Assembly: GCA_033764015.1 (NCBI GenBank)
Contig: JANRJK010000013.1
Coordinates: 128,001-192,000, forward strand
DNA length: 64,000 nucleotides
Origin: Candidatus Sumerlaeia bacterium
Lineage (GTDB): Bacteria; Sumerlaeota; Sumerlaeia; SLMS01; JANRJK01
Direction of reading: 5' to 3'
The notes beneath the pieces were generated by a model. That model had not been told where the DNA came from. It made no database searches and was given only the letters and a program-made list of their open reading frames with translations. Shown in pieces: positions 1 through 8,588 of the stretch. The translations under genes and the position numbers were made by a program. The stretch's first letter is position 1. The number at the start of each line of letters is the position of its first letter.

Positions 1-549
1 GCCCACGCGCACGCTGATGGAGCGCACACGCACCAGACGCCGTTCGCCAGTGGGTTGTTCCACCCATGGACCGGGCTGGACCACTTGGTGGTGCTGTCGG
101 CGATCGGGCTCTGGGCGGCGAAGGAAGGCGGCCCGCTGCGGCGCCTCATTCCGGCGTGCGCGCTGCTCGGGATGCTGGCGGGGGGACTCGCCGGGCTGGC
201 GGGCGTGGTGCTGCCCCTTGTCGAACCCCTCATTCTAGCGTCGGTTCTCGTGCTCGCGATGATGCTCTTGCGCGCCGAGGGCGTCTCCAAGCCCGCGGCG
301 GCGTGCCTCTCGACAGCCGTCGCGTTCTTTCACGGCCACGCCCACGGCGCGGAGTTCGGTGCGTCGGGCTCCGCTGCCGCGTACTGCGCAGGGTTCCTGC
401 TCTCGACCGCCGCGCTGCTAGCCGCGGGCTACGGGGCGGGAATGCTTCTGCATCGTGAAGGAGTCGACTCCCGACTGCGCCAGCTCACTTGGCGGGCCAC
501 CGGAGCCGCGGTGGGGCTAGCCGGCCTCGCCCTGATCGCACAGGGCTGA
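1..549 (+). CDS. HupE/UreJ family nickel transporter-like membrane protein (5'-truncated by window)
   Basis: Frame is open from base 1 (AHAHADGAHTHQTPFASGLFHPWTGLDHL); HPxxGxDH and FHGHAHGAE motifs; several hydrophobic helices. Confidence 0.9.
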   Translation, partial: AHAHADGAHTHQTPFASGLFHPWTGLDHLVVLSAIGLWAAKEGGPLRRLIPACALLGMLAGGLAGLAGVVLPLVEPLILASVLVLAMMLLRAEGVSKPAAACLSTAVAFFHGHAHGAEFGASGSAAAYCAGFLLSTAALLAAGYGAGMLLHREGVDSRLRQLTWRATGAAVGLAGLALIAQG

Positions 550-560
550 ACGGGCGCCGC

Positions 561-950
561 CTAGAAGGCGCCCTTCGACTCTTTCAGCGCGAACCCAACC
601 TTGTTCGACAGCTCCGTGCAGTCGAAAGGCTTCACGATGTAGTAGTTCGTCCCCTTGTCCAGCGCCTCGCGGATCTTCGCGCGGTCTGACACGCCGGTCA
701 GGAAGATCACCGGGATCGTCGCCGACGACTCCATGCGGCGGATCTCCTGGAGCACCTCGAGCCCGTCCATGTCGGGCATCATCATGTCGAGGATCACCAG
801 CTCGGGCTTCTCCGACTCGATCGTATGGAGCGCGTCCGGCCCGTTCGAGGCGGTCAGCACCTCGTACTCGTCCTTCAGCGCGGTGCGGAGGATCAGCAGG
901 ATATCGTTTTCGTCGTCGACGGCGAGGATGCGGGGCTTCGTCGTGGGCAT
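561..950 (-). CDS. Stand-alone response regulator receiver protein
   Basis: ILAVDDE, LVILDMMMPDMDG (phosphoacceptor Asp), FLTG, KPF; no output domain. Confidence 0.93.
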   Translation of the reverse strand: MPTTKPRILAVDDENDILLILRTALKDEYEVLTASNGPDALHTIESEKPELVILDMMMPDMDGLEVLQEIRRMESSATIPVIFLTGVSDRAKIREALDKGTNYYIVKPFDCTELSNKVGFALKESKGAF

Positions 951-1035
951 CGCGAGGGGTCCGTGTTGTCGTTGTGCCTAGCAACCGCGCGGTTGCCTCT
1001 GGCGTCAAGCCGGATGCCGGAAACGCGGCGCCGCG

Positions 1036-3084
1036 CTACGCGGTCCGGGGCCGCTCGCAGACGAAGTCGTGGCAGTAGTACGCCGCCGCCTTGCCATCCG
1101 CGGCCGTCTTCCCCGCGACGAGGGACGGCGCTCCGTCCGGTTCCTCCGCCGCGCGGGCGACCACCAGGCGGTTCGGCCGCCAAGGCCTGAGGGCACCCTC
1201 GAGCAGCGACTTCGCACCCGGCCCGCCACCGACCACCACCACCGATTCCGGCGCCTCGATGCAGCGGTCCGCCACCGTCAGCATCATCGGGAAGGCGCTG
1301 GGGAACCGCTCCGCGACGGCGCTGAATGCGGCGAGCGTCGATTGCGCCGCCTCACGGTGCTCCGCCGCCCCGGTCCACTCGTAGAGCAGCCGGTGCACCA
1401 TCGCCGCGATCGCGTTGCCGCTCGGCGTCGCGTTGTCCATCGCGTCCTGCGAGCGCACGATCAACTGCTCGTGGTCCGCGGCGGTGAAGAAGTAGCCGCC
1501 CTCCGGGTCCGCGAAGTGCCGCCGCATCGCGCCCGCGATCCGCTCCGCATCGGCGACGTAGCGCACCTCGCCGGAGGCCGCCGCCAGTTCGAGCAGCCCC
1601 CACGCGAGGAATGCGTGGCAGTCGAGGTAGCCGTCGAGGCGCGCCTCGCCCGCGTACCAGACCGCCTTGGCGCGCCCGTCCGCTCCGACCACGTTGGCGA
1701 GCAGGAAGTCCGCAGCGCGCGCAGCAAGCCGCGCCGCCCGCCCCTCAAGGCCCACCAGCCGCTCCGCCGCTGCCAGCCCCGCGATCATCAACCCGTTCCA
1801 CGCCGTCAGCACCTTCTCGTCGCGCAGAGGCTTCACGCGTTGCTCGCGGACGGCGAACAGCTTCGCGCGCACCGCTTCCACGCGCGCCGCCGCTGCCTCC
1901 GGCGTCGTGCCCGTCTGCTTCGCAAGGTCCTCGATGCCGTAGTTTCGGAAGAGCACCGAGGTGCCGTGCTCGAAGTTCCCCGCCGCGGTGACGCCATAGG
2001 CGCGCGCGGCGAACTCCGCGTCATCATCGCCGAGCGCCTCGCGCAACTCCGCCGCGCTCCACGCGAAGAACTTCCCCTCTTCGCCCTCCGAGTCCGCATC
2101 CTGCGTCGAGTAGAACGGCCCGTCCGGGTGCGTCATCTCACGGTTGACATAGTCAACGATCTCGCGCGCCACGCGGGCGAAGCCCTCCCGCCCGCTCGCG
2201 GCGTAGCCCTCCGCGTAGGCGCGCAGCAGCAGCGCGTTATCGTACAGCATCTTCTCGAAGTGCGGCACGAGCCACTTCTCGTCCACCGAGTAGCGGTGGA
2301 AGCCGCCGCCGAGCTGGTCGTACATGCCGCCCGCGGCCATCTTATCGAGAGTGAAGAGCGCCATTTCGCGGAAGCGTTCCTGGCCGGAGCGTTCCGCGCA
2401 GCGCAGCAGCAGGAACACCGACTGGGAGGGTGGGAACTTGGGCGCGCCCATGGTGCCCCCGTGCCTCGCATCGAAGCGCGACTCGAACGCCGCCGCCCCC
2501 TTCGCCACCACCCCGGCGGAGAGCGCCACCGGCGTCTTGGTCCGCAGCCGCGTCGCCTGCGCGATGGCCTCCGTCACCTTCTCCGCGGAATCGAGGAGCG
2601 ACTCGCGGCGGCTCCGCCACGCGTCGGCGATCGCCTGCAGTACCGTGGGGAAACCGGGACGCCCGTAGCGGTCCTCCGGCGGGAAGTAGGTGCCGGTGAA
2701 GAACGGCTTCAGCTCCGGCGTGAGGAAGACGCTCATCGGCCAGCCGCCGTGGCCGTCGTTCATCAGCGTCGTCGCCTGCATGTAGATCTGGTCCAGGTCC
2801 GGACGCTCCTCGCGGTCCACCTTGATGTTCACGAACAGCGCGTTCATCAGCTCCGCGATGCGCGGATCGGTGAACGACTCGTGCTCCATCACGTGGCACC
2901 AGTGGCAGGCGGAGTAGCCGATCGAGAGGAAGATCGGCTTGTCCTCCGCGCGCGCCCGCCCGAGCGCCTCCGGCCCCCAGGGGTACCAGTCCACCGGGTT
3001 CTCCCCGTGCTGGCGCAGGTAGAGCGACGCCTCCTTCGCGAGACGGTTGCGGCGCGGGGCCGCGGGGCTGGTGGGCTGGGTCAC
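1036..3084 (-). CDS. Thioredoxin-domain protein, YyaL/SSP411 (DUF255) family
   Basis: [58 protein letters not shown] start at 3084 is my choice. Confidence 0.92.
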   Translation of the reverse strand: MTQPTSPAAPRRNRLAKEASLYLRQHGENPVDWYPWGPEALGRARAEDKPIFLSIGYSACHWCHVMEHESFTDPRIAELMNALFVNIKVDREERPDLDQIYMQATTLMNDGHGGWPMSVFLTPELKPFFTGTYFPPEDRYGRPGFPTVLQAIADAWRSRRESLLDSAEKVTEAIAQATRLRTKTPVALSAGVVAKGAAAFESRFDARHGGTMGAPKFPPSQSVFLLLRCAERSGQERFREMALFTLDKMAAGGMYDQLGGGFHRYSVDEKWLVPHFEKMLYDNALLLRAYAEGYAASGREGFARVAREIVDYVNREMTHPDGPFYSTQDADSEGEEGKFFAWSAAELREALGDDDAEFAARAYGVTAAGNFEHGTSVLFRNYGIEDLAKQTGTTPEAAAARVEAVRAKLFAVREQRVKPLRDEKVLTAWNGLMIAGLAAAERLVGLEGRAARLAARAADFLLANVVGADGRAKAVWYAGEARLDGYLDCHAFLAWGLLELAAASGEVRYVADAERIAGAMRRHFADPEGGYFFTAADHEQLIVRSQDAMDNATPSGNAIAAMVHRLLYEWTGAAEHREAAQSTLAAFSAVAERFPSAFPMMLTVADRCIEAPESVVVVGGGPGAKSLLEGALRPWRPNRLVVARAAEEPDGAPSLVAGKTAADGKAAAYYCHDFVCERPRTA

Positions 3085-3169
3085 GTCGGGTGCTCGATTC
3101 GCGGGGGTGCGGCTTCGCGCCGTGGCGATCTTCGGGCCGCCGGCGCGGGAGCGCAAGCGCGGGCGGAAA

Positions 3170-3205
3170 ACGAATCGGCCACCCGTTGCCGGGTGGCCGA
3201 TTCGT
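3170..3205 (-). terminator. Intrinsic terminator downstream of the endonuclease gene
   Basis: Perfect 16-bp stem ACGAATCGGCCACCCG/CGGGTGGCCGATTCGT; GCAA loop and a short T-run on the minus strand. Confidence 0.75.
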
Positions 3206-3301
3206 CCTGCACTGCGTCCGCTGGGCGGGCCCCCCGCCGTTCGGGGGATTGGGCGTCGCTTCGAGAGTCGCCGGGGAGCCTGCGTCGCGGGGAGGGGTGG
3301 C

Positions 3302-4936
3302 TTAGTTCCAGGAGATGTTCAGCGTGAAGCTCGACGTCGAGCTGCTGTAGCCGTAGACCGAGACATAGTACGTCGAGCCGGCGACCAGCGCCGGCGAGCT
3401 GGAACCGTTCACCGTCACCGTCTCGCTCGATCCGCCGAGGTACGGGCGGAAGTCGTAGGACGTGAGCGTCGCGAGGCTGCCGCGGCGCACGTAAAGGTCG
3501 GCGTCGTTCGTGCCGGTCATGGCGATCGTCAGCTGCGTCGAGCCGGCGGGGACGACGACCGTGTAGTTCTTCCAAGCGCCCTGCGCGACAGTGCTCGAGT
3601 ACGTGACGCTGCCGCCCGCGGGGGTCGCGGTCGGGGAGGGCGTCGGCGTCGGGGTCGGCGTGGCGGTCGGCGTCGGGCTGGTGCCGGTGCTGACCGTGGC
3701 GGTGAGGGTGAAGCTCGTGGTGGTCGCGCTGTAGCCGTACACCGAGATGAAGTAGGTGCTGTTCGCCACGAGTGCCGGCGAGCTGGTCGAATTCGCAGTC
3801 ACCGTCTCGTTCGAGCCACCGGCGTAGGGGCGGAAGTCCCAGCTCGAGGAGGTGGGCTGGCTGCCGCGGCGAACATACAGGTCGGCGTCGTTGTTGCCCG
3901 TCATCACGACGGAAAGCTGCGTCGCGTTGGACGGAACGAAGATCTGGTAGTGGCGCCAAGCGCCTTGGGCGGCCGTGCTCGACGTGGCCACGCCGCTCGT
4001 GAGCGTTGTGGTGCCGCTCGGCGTCGGGCTCGGGGTCGGCGTGGCGGTGGGGGTGGGAGTCGGGGTTGCCGTGGCGGTGGGCGTCGGGGTCGGGGTCGGC
4101 GTCGGGGTGACGGTGCCGCCGCAGTTGCTGCTAAAAACGAGGCAGACCCACTCGGGGCGGTCCACGAACGGGTTGCGGTTCGACTGCCAGTTCTGCCAGA
4201 TCAGGTGGTTGCGGCGGCGCTCGCGGTCGTCGACGGGATCGGCGTTGTGCCACTCGAGCAGCGTCGTGAGGCGGGACATCTTGGGCTCGTCCGTCGCGAT
4301 CGAGGTGTAGTTGCCGACCACCAGGTCGGGCTCGTTCGTCGTGTCGCCGTTGTAGCGGACGTCCATGTACATCATCGCGCGCGCCACGTCGCCGCGCACC
4401 GCCGGCCACGGCTGGAACGAATCGCTGTCCGCCTGGCTCGGCGTCGAGGAGCCGTCCACCGGGTAGGTGAGGCCCGAGGACCAGTCGAAGTACTTGTTGC
4501 CGCGCGCGCTATTGACGCTCGTCCACGAGGCGTAGAGCGCATGCAGGTCGGTGTACGCGGCCCATGTGGTCTTGTCGTTGAAGCCGTAGCTGTTCGGCCA
4601 GGAGTGCTCGCGGTTCCACTTCACGGCGGCGGAGGAGCTGCCGTCCTGAGCGGTCTTGGGGATCGACTTGTTCGTGTAGATGCAGCGGACGTTGTTCACG
4701 TTCGCCGGGTCTTCATCGAGCTGGCGGATCGCGGTCCAGCACTCGGTGTAGGTCTTCTTGCTGTGGTTGTCGATGATGTCGTGCAGCGCGCTCTTGAGCT
4801 GCGTGCCGGTCTTGCCCTCGGCGCTCGTGTAGTAGCCGGCGGGCGGAGCGTACTGCGCCAGCGCCGTCTGGACGAACATGAGGAGCGCGAGCAGCGTGGA
4901 TACAACCAGGGACGACGTGGAGCGGGTGTTCTTCAC
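3302..4936 (-). CDS. Secreted endonuclease I family (Bsn-like) nuclease with PT linkers and two PPC-like domains
   Basis: Signal peptide ending [50 protein letters not shown]; (TP)n linkers; two DADLYVRRG...YGYS repeats. Confidence 0.9.
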   Translation of the reverse strand: MKNTRSTSSLVVSTLLALLMFVQTALAQYAPPAGYYTSAEGKTGTQLKSALHDIIDNHSKKTYTECWTAIRQLDEDPANVNNVRCIYTNKSIPKTAQDGSSSAAVKWNREHSWPNSYGFNDKTTWAAYTDLHALYASWTSVNSARGNKYFDWSSGLTYPVDGSSTPSQADSDSFQPWPAVRGDVARAMMYMDVRYNGDTTNEPDLVVGNYTSIATDEPKMSRLTTLLEWHNADPVDDRERRRNHLIWQNWQSNRNPFVDRPEWVCLVFSSNCGGTVTPTPTPTPTPTATATPTPTPTATPTPSPTPSGTTTLTSGVATSSTAAQGAWRHYQIFVPSNATQLSVVMTGNNDADLYVRRGSQPTSSSWDFRPYAGGSNETVTANSTSSPALVANSTYFISVYGYSATTTSFTLTATVSTGTSPTPTATPTPTPTPSPTATPAGGSVTYSSTVAQGAWKNYTVVVPAGSTQLTIAMTGTNDADLYVRRGSLATLTSYDFRPYLGGSSETVTVNGSSSPALVAGSTYYVSVYGYSSSTSSFTLNISWN

Positions 4937-4953
4937 GGGCGTTACCTGCTATT

Positions 4954-4990
4954 GGGGAGGGGTTAACTTCCAAAGCATTCCAGTGGACGC
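4954..4990 (-). promoter_or_regulatory. Upstream element shared with 58527-58561
   Basis: CAAAGCATTCCAGTG (4971-4985) vs CAAAACAGTCCAGTA (58547-58561): 12/15 identical, each 35 nt from a nuclease start codon. Confidence 0.5.
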
Positions 4991-5281
4991 GACCCACCCC
5001 TTTCCACGCAAGCTCTTTAAAATGTTTCTTTTTGGATTCCTGAGGAGTCTCGTGTTGCGTGGGGTTTTTCCGCGGCTTCCGGCATTTTTCCGATTTTCGA
5101 GGTCTGCCTGTCCGCGAAATCTGGAAAATTCGAGGCAAATCCAACTCGTGGGAATCCAGCCCTTCGTGGTCCTCGCGCCCCCGTCCGCCGCCTGCGCGCC
5201 TCGATTTCCAGTGGACGCTCCGCTCCCGCTGTCGCAAGAAGGTGGCGACCCTTTACCCCAAGCGACGAGGTGCCGCCAGCC

Positions 5282-5599
5282 ATGGCGCTTCAACTCTGCA
5301 AGAACCACCCCGGCAAGAAGGCCGTCGCCCACTGCGAGACCTGCCACATCCCGCTTTGCGAGGAGTGCGCGATCCCCTCCGAGCACCCCAAGCACCCCAA
5401 GGCGGTCTTCTGCTCCGAGCAGCACCGGCAGAACTTCATGAACTTCGCCGCCACCGAAAACGCGCGCCAGATCCCGCGCATGCGCAACTCGTCGATGTTC
5501 ATCGTCATCCCGCGCTTCCTCGCCGGGCTGGCGGTGGCCTACCTGCTCGTCTGGTACTTCTTCCGGGACATGCTGCCGCCGTGGCTGGTGTTCTTCTGA
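5282..5599 (+). CDS. Small B-box-type zinc finger protein with C-terminal TM helix
   Basis: CKNHP...AHCETCHIPLCEEC...FCSEQH, followed by a hydrophobic helix. Confidence 0.8.
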   Translation: MALQLCKNHPGKKAVAHCETCHIPLCEECAIPSEHPKHPKAVFCSEQHRQNFMNFAATENARQIPRMRNSSMFIVIPRFLAGLAVAYLLVWYFFRDMLPPWLVFF

Positions 5600-5608
5600 G
5601 GAGGGCGG

Positions 5609-6175
5609 CTACAGCCGCAGCTCCCAGATGAGCTGCGCCTCGTCGGGCAGGTGCGCGTAGGCGCCCCGCACGATCCGCCGGGGACGCATCCCGAGGCTGT
5701 GGTAGAACCGGCACGCGCCCGGATTCGTGTCCTGCGTCTCCACGGTGAGCAGCGTATCGCCGCGGGAGCGCGCCCATGCCTGCGCCGCTAGCACCAGCGC
5801 GCCGCCCACCCCGCGCCCGCGCCATGCGGGCTCCACGCGGACATCCAGCATCGCCGTGTGGTCCCGGAGGTTCTCGAGCAGATTCAGCCCCGGCGTGTCG
5901 CGGGCGGCGAGCAAGCCCCCAACGCGCGCCCCGCCTACGAACGCCGCCAGCAGCACCCAGTTGCGCGTCTCCATGCCGAGCACGAATTCGCGCATCGTCG
6001 ATTCGGCGAACGCGTCGTAGTCCTTCTCGAAGAACGGCGCGGGAACCAGTTCAAGGCTGCCCTCCGCGAGCGCCGCCAGATCCACGCGGCTCCGCGCATC
6101 GAACCGGATCGGGATGCGGAAGTGCTCCGAGTCGGCCGAAACCCGCTCCTCCAGGATCCGCCACCCGTCCATCAT
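5609..6175 (-). CDS. GNAT acetyltransferase, streptothricin acetyltransferase-like
   Basis: RGRGVG acetyl-CoA motif and VETQDTNPGACRFY; start overlaps the rnhB stop (ATGA). Confidence 0.8.
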   Translation of the reverse strand: MMDGWRILEERVSADSEHFRIPIRFDARSRVDLAALAEGSLELVPAPFFEKDYDAFAESTMREFVLGMETRNWVLLAAFVGGARVGGLLAARDTPGLNLLENLRDHTAMLDVRVEPAWRGRGVGGALVLAAQAWARSRGDTLLTVETQDTNPGACRFYHSLGMRPRRIVRGAYAHLPDEAQLIWELRL

Positions 6176-6888
6176 CCACCACCCCGGATCTCCGCCAGGC
6201 ACTCCGCAAGCATCGCCCGCGGCCCGGGCCCCTCGAAGGCGCGCGGCTCCTCGTCGAAGAACGCCACACCCGCGAAGCTGCGGCGGTGCAGCGCGGTCGT
6301 CCCGTGCCGGGCGATGGCCTCGTAGTGCGCCAGCACCGGGTAGCCTTTGTTGCGCTTCCAGCCGTACTCGGGGAACGCCGCGTGGTAGCGGAGCATCATG
6401 GCGTCGCGGGCGCACTTCGCGAGGATGCTCGCGGCGGCGATGCTGGCGCAGCGCGCGTCGCCCTTCACCAGCGCTAGGCATGGCAGCCGCGCGGAGGGCA
6501 GCTCGAGCGCGTCCGTCACCAACGCCCCCGGCGCCGGCGACAGCGCCGCCACGGCGCGGCAGGCCGCGAGCTTGGTCGCCGCGAGGATGTTCAGCGCGTC
6601 GATCTCCTCCGGCGTCGCGAGCGCGACCGCCCACGCCGCGGCGGTGCGCGTGACGGCGCGGAAGAGTTCGAGCCGCCGCGCCTCGGTGAGCCGCTTCGAG
6701 TCGTCGACTCCCTTGGGCGCCCGGCCGTCGAACACCACCGCGGCGGCGACCACGGGCCCCGCGAGGGGGCCGCGGCCCGCCTCGTCGACGCCCGCCACCA
6801 GCGCGGCGCCCGCCTTGCGCGCGAAGGCGAGCTCGATCCGCCGGCCGGGGAGCGCGCGCTTCGGGGTCTTTTCGCTTTCGCCTTCCAT
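6172..6888 (-). CDS. rnhB: Ribonuclease HII
   Basis: AGVDEAGRGPLAGPV, DSK, KGD, SIAAASILAK, NKGY, HRRSF. Confidence 0.96.
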   Translation of the reverse strand: MEGESEKTPKRALPGRRIELAFARKAGAALVAGVDEAGRGPLAGPVVAAAVVFDGRAPKGVDDSKRLTEARRLELFRAVTRTAAAWAVALATPEEIDALNILAATKLAACRAVAALSPAPGALVTDALELPSARLPCLALVKGDARCASIAAASILAKCARDAMMLRYHAAFPEYGWKRNKGYPVLAHYEAIARHGTTALHRRSFAGVAFFDEEPRAFEGPGPRAMLAECLAEIRGGG

Positions 6889-6939
6889 TTGCCGTTGACG
6901 TTCCTCCGCGCCCCGCGCTTGTCTTCGCCTAGTCTTCAC
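6860..6939 (+). promoter_or_regulatory. Two candidate LexA operators (direct repeat, 11-bp period) around a TTGACG -35-like hexamer
   Basis: TTCGG-N6-TTCGC at 6860-6875, TTGACG at 6895-6900, TTCGC-N6-TTCAC at 6924-6939, all directly upstream of lexA. Confidence 0.55.
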
Positions 6940-6964
6940 TACGTCCCCGAAAGGTCCGGCGCCC

Positions 6965-7603
6965 ATGTACGTCACCAAGCGGCAGCGCGAAATCTACGAG
7001 TTCATCCGCGTCTTCATCGAGGAGCACCAGTACTCGCCCTCCCTCGAGGAGATCGCCCGCGGCATGGACCTCAGCTCCCTCGCGACGGTCCATAAGCACC
7101 TGACGAACCTCGCGGAGAAGGGCCTCATCACCCGCCACTGGAACCGCGGTCGCGGTATCGAGCTCGCCTCCGGCCTCGAGAAGCCCGAGCTGGTTCACAT
7201 GAGCATCGAAGCCTGCTACGCGCTCCCGATCAAGGGCACTGTGGCGGCGGGCCAGCCGCTCGAAGCGTACGAGCAGGACGAGGAGCGGCTCTCCGTCCCC
7301 GCCGACCTGATCCACAACGCCTCCGAAAGCTTCGTCCTGCTGGTGCGCGGCGATTCGATGATCGAGGACGGCATCCACGAGGGCGACTTCATCGTCTGCG
7401 AACGCCGCAAGGAGGCGCGCAACGGCCAAGTGGTCGTCGCCCTCGTCAACGGCTGCGAGACCACGGTGAAGCGCCTCTACAAGGAGGGCAAGTTCGTGCG
7501 GCTCCAGCCGGCGAACAGCTCCATGGCCCCGATCATGGTGCACGCGAAGGACTGCGAGGTGCAGGGCATCGTGGTGGGGCTGATCCGCAAGTACGCCCAC
7601 TGA
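6965..7603 (+). CDS. lexA: SOS repressor LexA
   Basis: N-terminal wHTH (TKRQREIYEFI...SPSLEEI...VHKHL); VAAG cleavage site; GDSM Ser and TVKR Lys catalytic dyad. Confidence 0.96.
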   Translation: MYVTKRQREIYEFIRVFIEEHQYSPSLEEIARGMDLSSLATVHKHLTNLAEKGLITRHWNRGRGIELASGLEKPELVHMSIEACYALPIKGTVAAGQPLEAYEQDEERLSVPADLIHNASESFVLLVRGDSMIEDGIHEGDFIVCERRKEARNGQVVVALVNGCETTVKRLYKEGKFVRLQPANSSMAPIMVHAKDCEVQGIVVGLIRKYAH

Positions 7604-7680
7604 TCCGCGGGGATTTTACCACTTAGAAGTGAACCGGCGGCCCCCCTTGGTCCGCCGGCGCAGCCCGGGGCGTCCAGCCG

Positions 7681-7714
7681 CCTTCCCCTGTCACCCGGCG
7701 GTGACAGGGGAAGG
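7681..7714. terminator. Hairpin between convergent lexA and pseudopilin genes
   Basis: Perfect 15-bp stem CCTTCCCCTGTCACC/GGTGACAGGGGAAGG with a 4-nt loop; no clear T-tail. Confidence 0.6.
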
Positions 7715-7733
7715 TGTAACCGGCTGCACAACT

Positions 7734-8345
7734 TCAGTCGTCCCGATGCAGTTCAAGGTCGCCGCCCGAACGGACGATGTCTCCGCTCGCCACAGTGCCG
7801 TTCGTCGGGTCGTACACGCCGTTGCCGAGGAACGCCGTGTCGTTGTCGGCGGGATCGTCCACCAAGTCGAAATCGAGGTCCGGCCCCATCGACCGCAGCA
7901 CCCATCCGCCGCGCCCGTCCACCAGCCGGCTGCCCTGCGGGACGTACTGGTTCGTGAACACGAAGTAGCGCGGGAAGGGGCCCACTTGCGGCTGGTAGTT
8001 CTTCTCGGGGTTCGGCGAGGTGACCGGCTGCGCCTCCTGGAAGGCGTCCGGCGGGAGGCTGACGATGTAGGCGATCGGCGTCGTGAGCAGCTTCACCTGC
8101 TGCCCCTCCGCGAGCGTCTCGCCCCCCAGCCCGACCGGCACCCAGTAGGGCATGTAGCGGCCTTGGTCCACCATGTAGGACTCTACCGCGGTGGCGAGCG
8201 ACCGCAGGTCGGCCTTCGCACGGGAGACCTTCGAGCGCATCTGCGCCTCGAGAAGGTTCGGCAGCCCGATGGCCGCCAGGATGGCGATGATCGCCACAAC
8301 AACAAGCAGTTCGATCAGGGTGAATGCGGTGGAACGCCGGATCAT
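7734..8345 (-). CDS. GspG-like pseudopilin (prepilin N-terminal cleavage/methylation protein)
   Basis: AFTLIELLVVVAIIAILAAIGLPNLLEAQMRSKVSR; LTTPIAY; SMGPD; YDPTNG. Confidence 0.9.
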   Translation of the reverse strand: MIRRSTAFTLIELLVVVAIIAILAAIGLPNLLEAQMRSKVSRAKADLRSLATAVESYMVDQGRYMPYWVPVGLGGETLAEGQQVKLLTTPIAYIVSLPPDAFQEAQPVTSPNPEKNYQPQVGPFPRYFVFTNQYVPQGSRLVDGRGGWVLRSMGPDLDFDLVDDPADNDTAFLGNGVYDPTNGTVASGDIVRSGGDLELHRDD

Positions 8346-8588
8346 CGTCGGGGAGCTCCTTGCTAATGGTATCGAGGATCGGCTCCTACCCATTGGCGAG
8401 ATACGGACCACTCCGCGACTCCTCTTTCGCATGCATTGACAAGCGGACTACTGAGAAATCGACGGGAAAAGCCGGAGAGGGTAATCCGGTTGACTACTCC
8501 CACGCCGGGCTCCGACCCTTCAGTCCTTCCGAATCTCCCCGGTCGGGATCGACCGGGAACGAAACCACCCCCTTCAAGGAGCCATGAC

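Noticed and set aside
1069..3327. Long antisense or alternate-frame ORFs (also 3047-4966, 8859-11378, 49774-51882, 52996-55413, 59068-61224)
   Set aside because: Shadow ORFs typical of high-GC DNA; they overlap well-supported genes and are Arg/Gly/Ala-rich with no motifs
4020..4110. Short tandem repeats as CRISPR or VNTR (also 3620-3680, 57120-57180, 57545-57640, 60320-60570)
   Set aside because: These are in-frame Pro-Thr/Pro-Ser linker codons with no repeat-spacer structure
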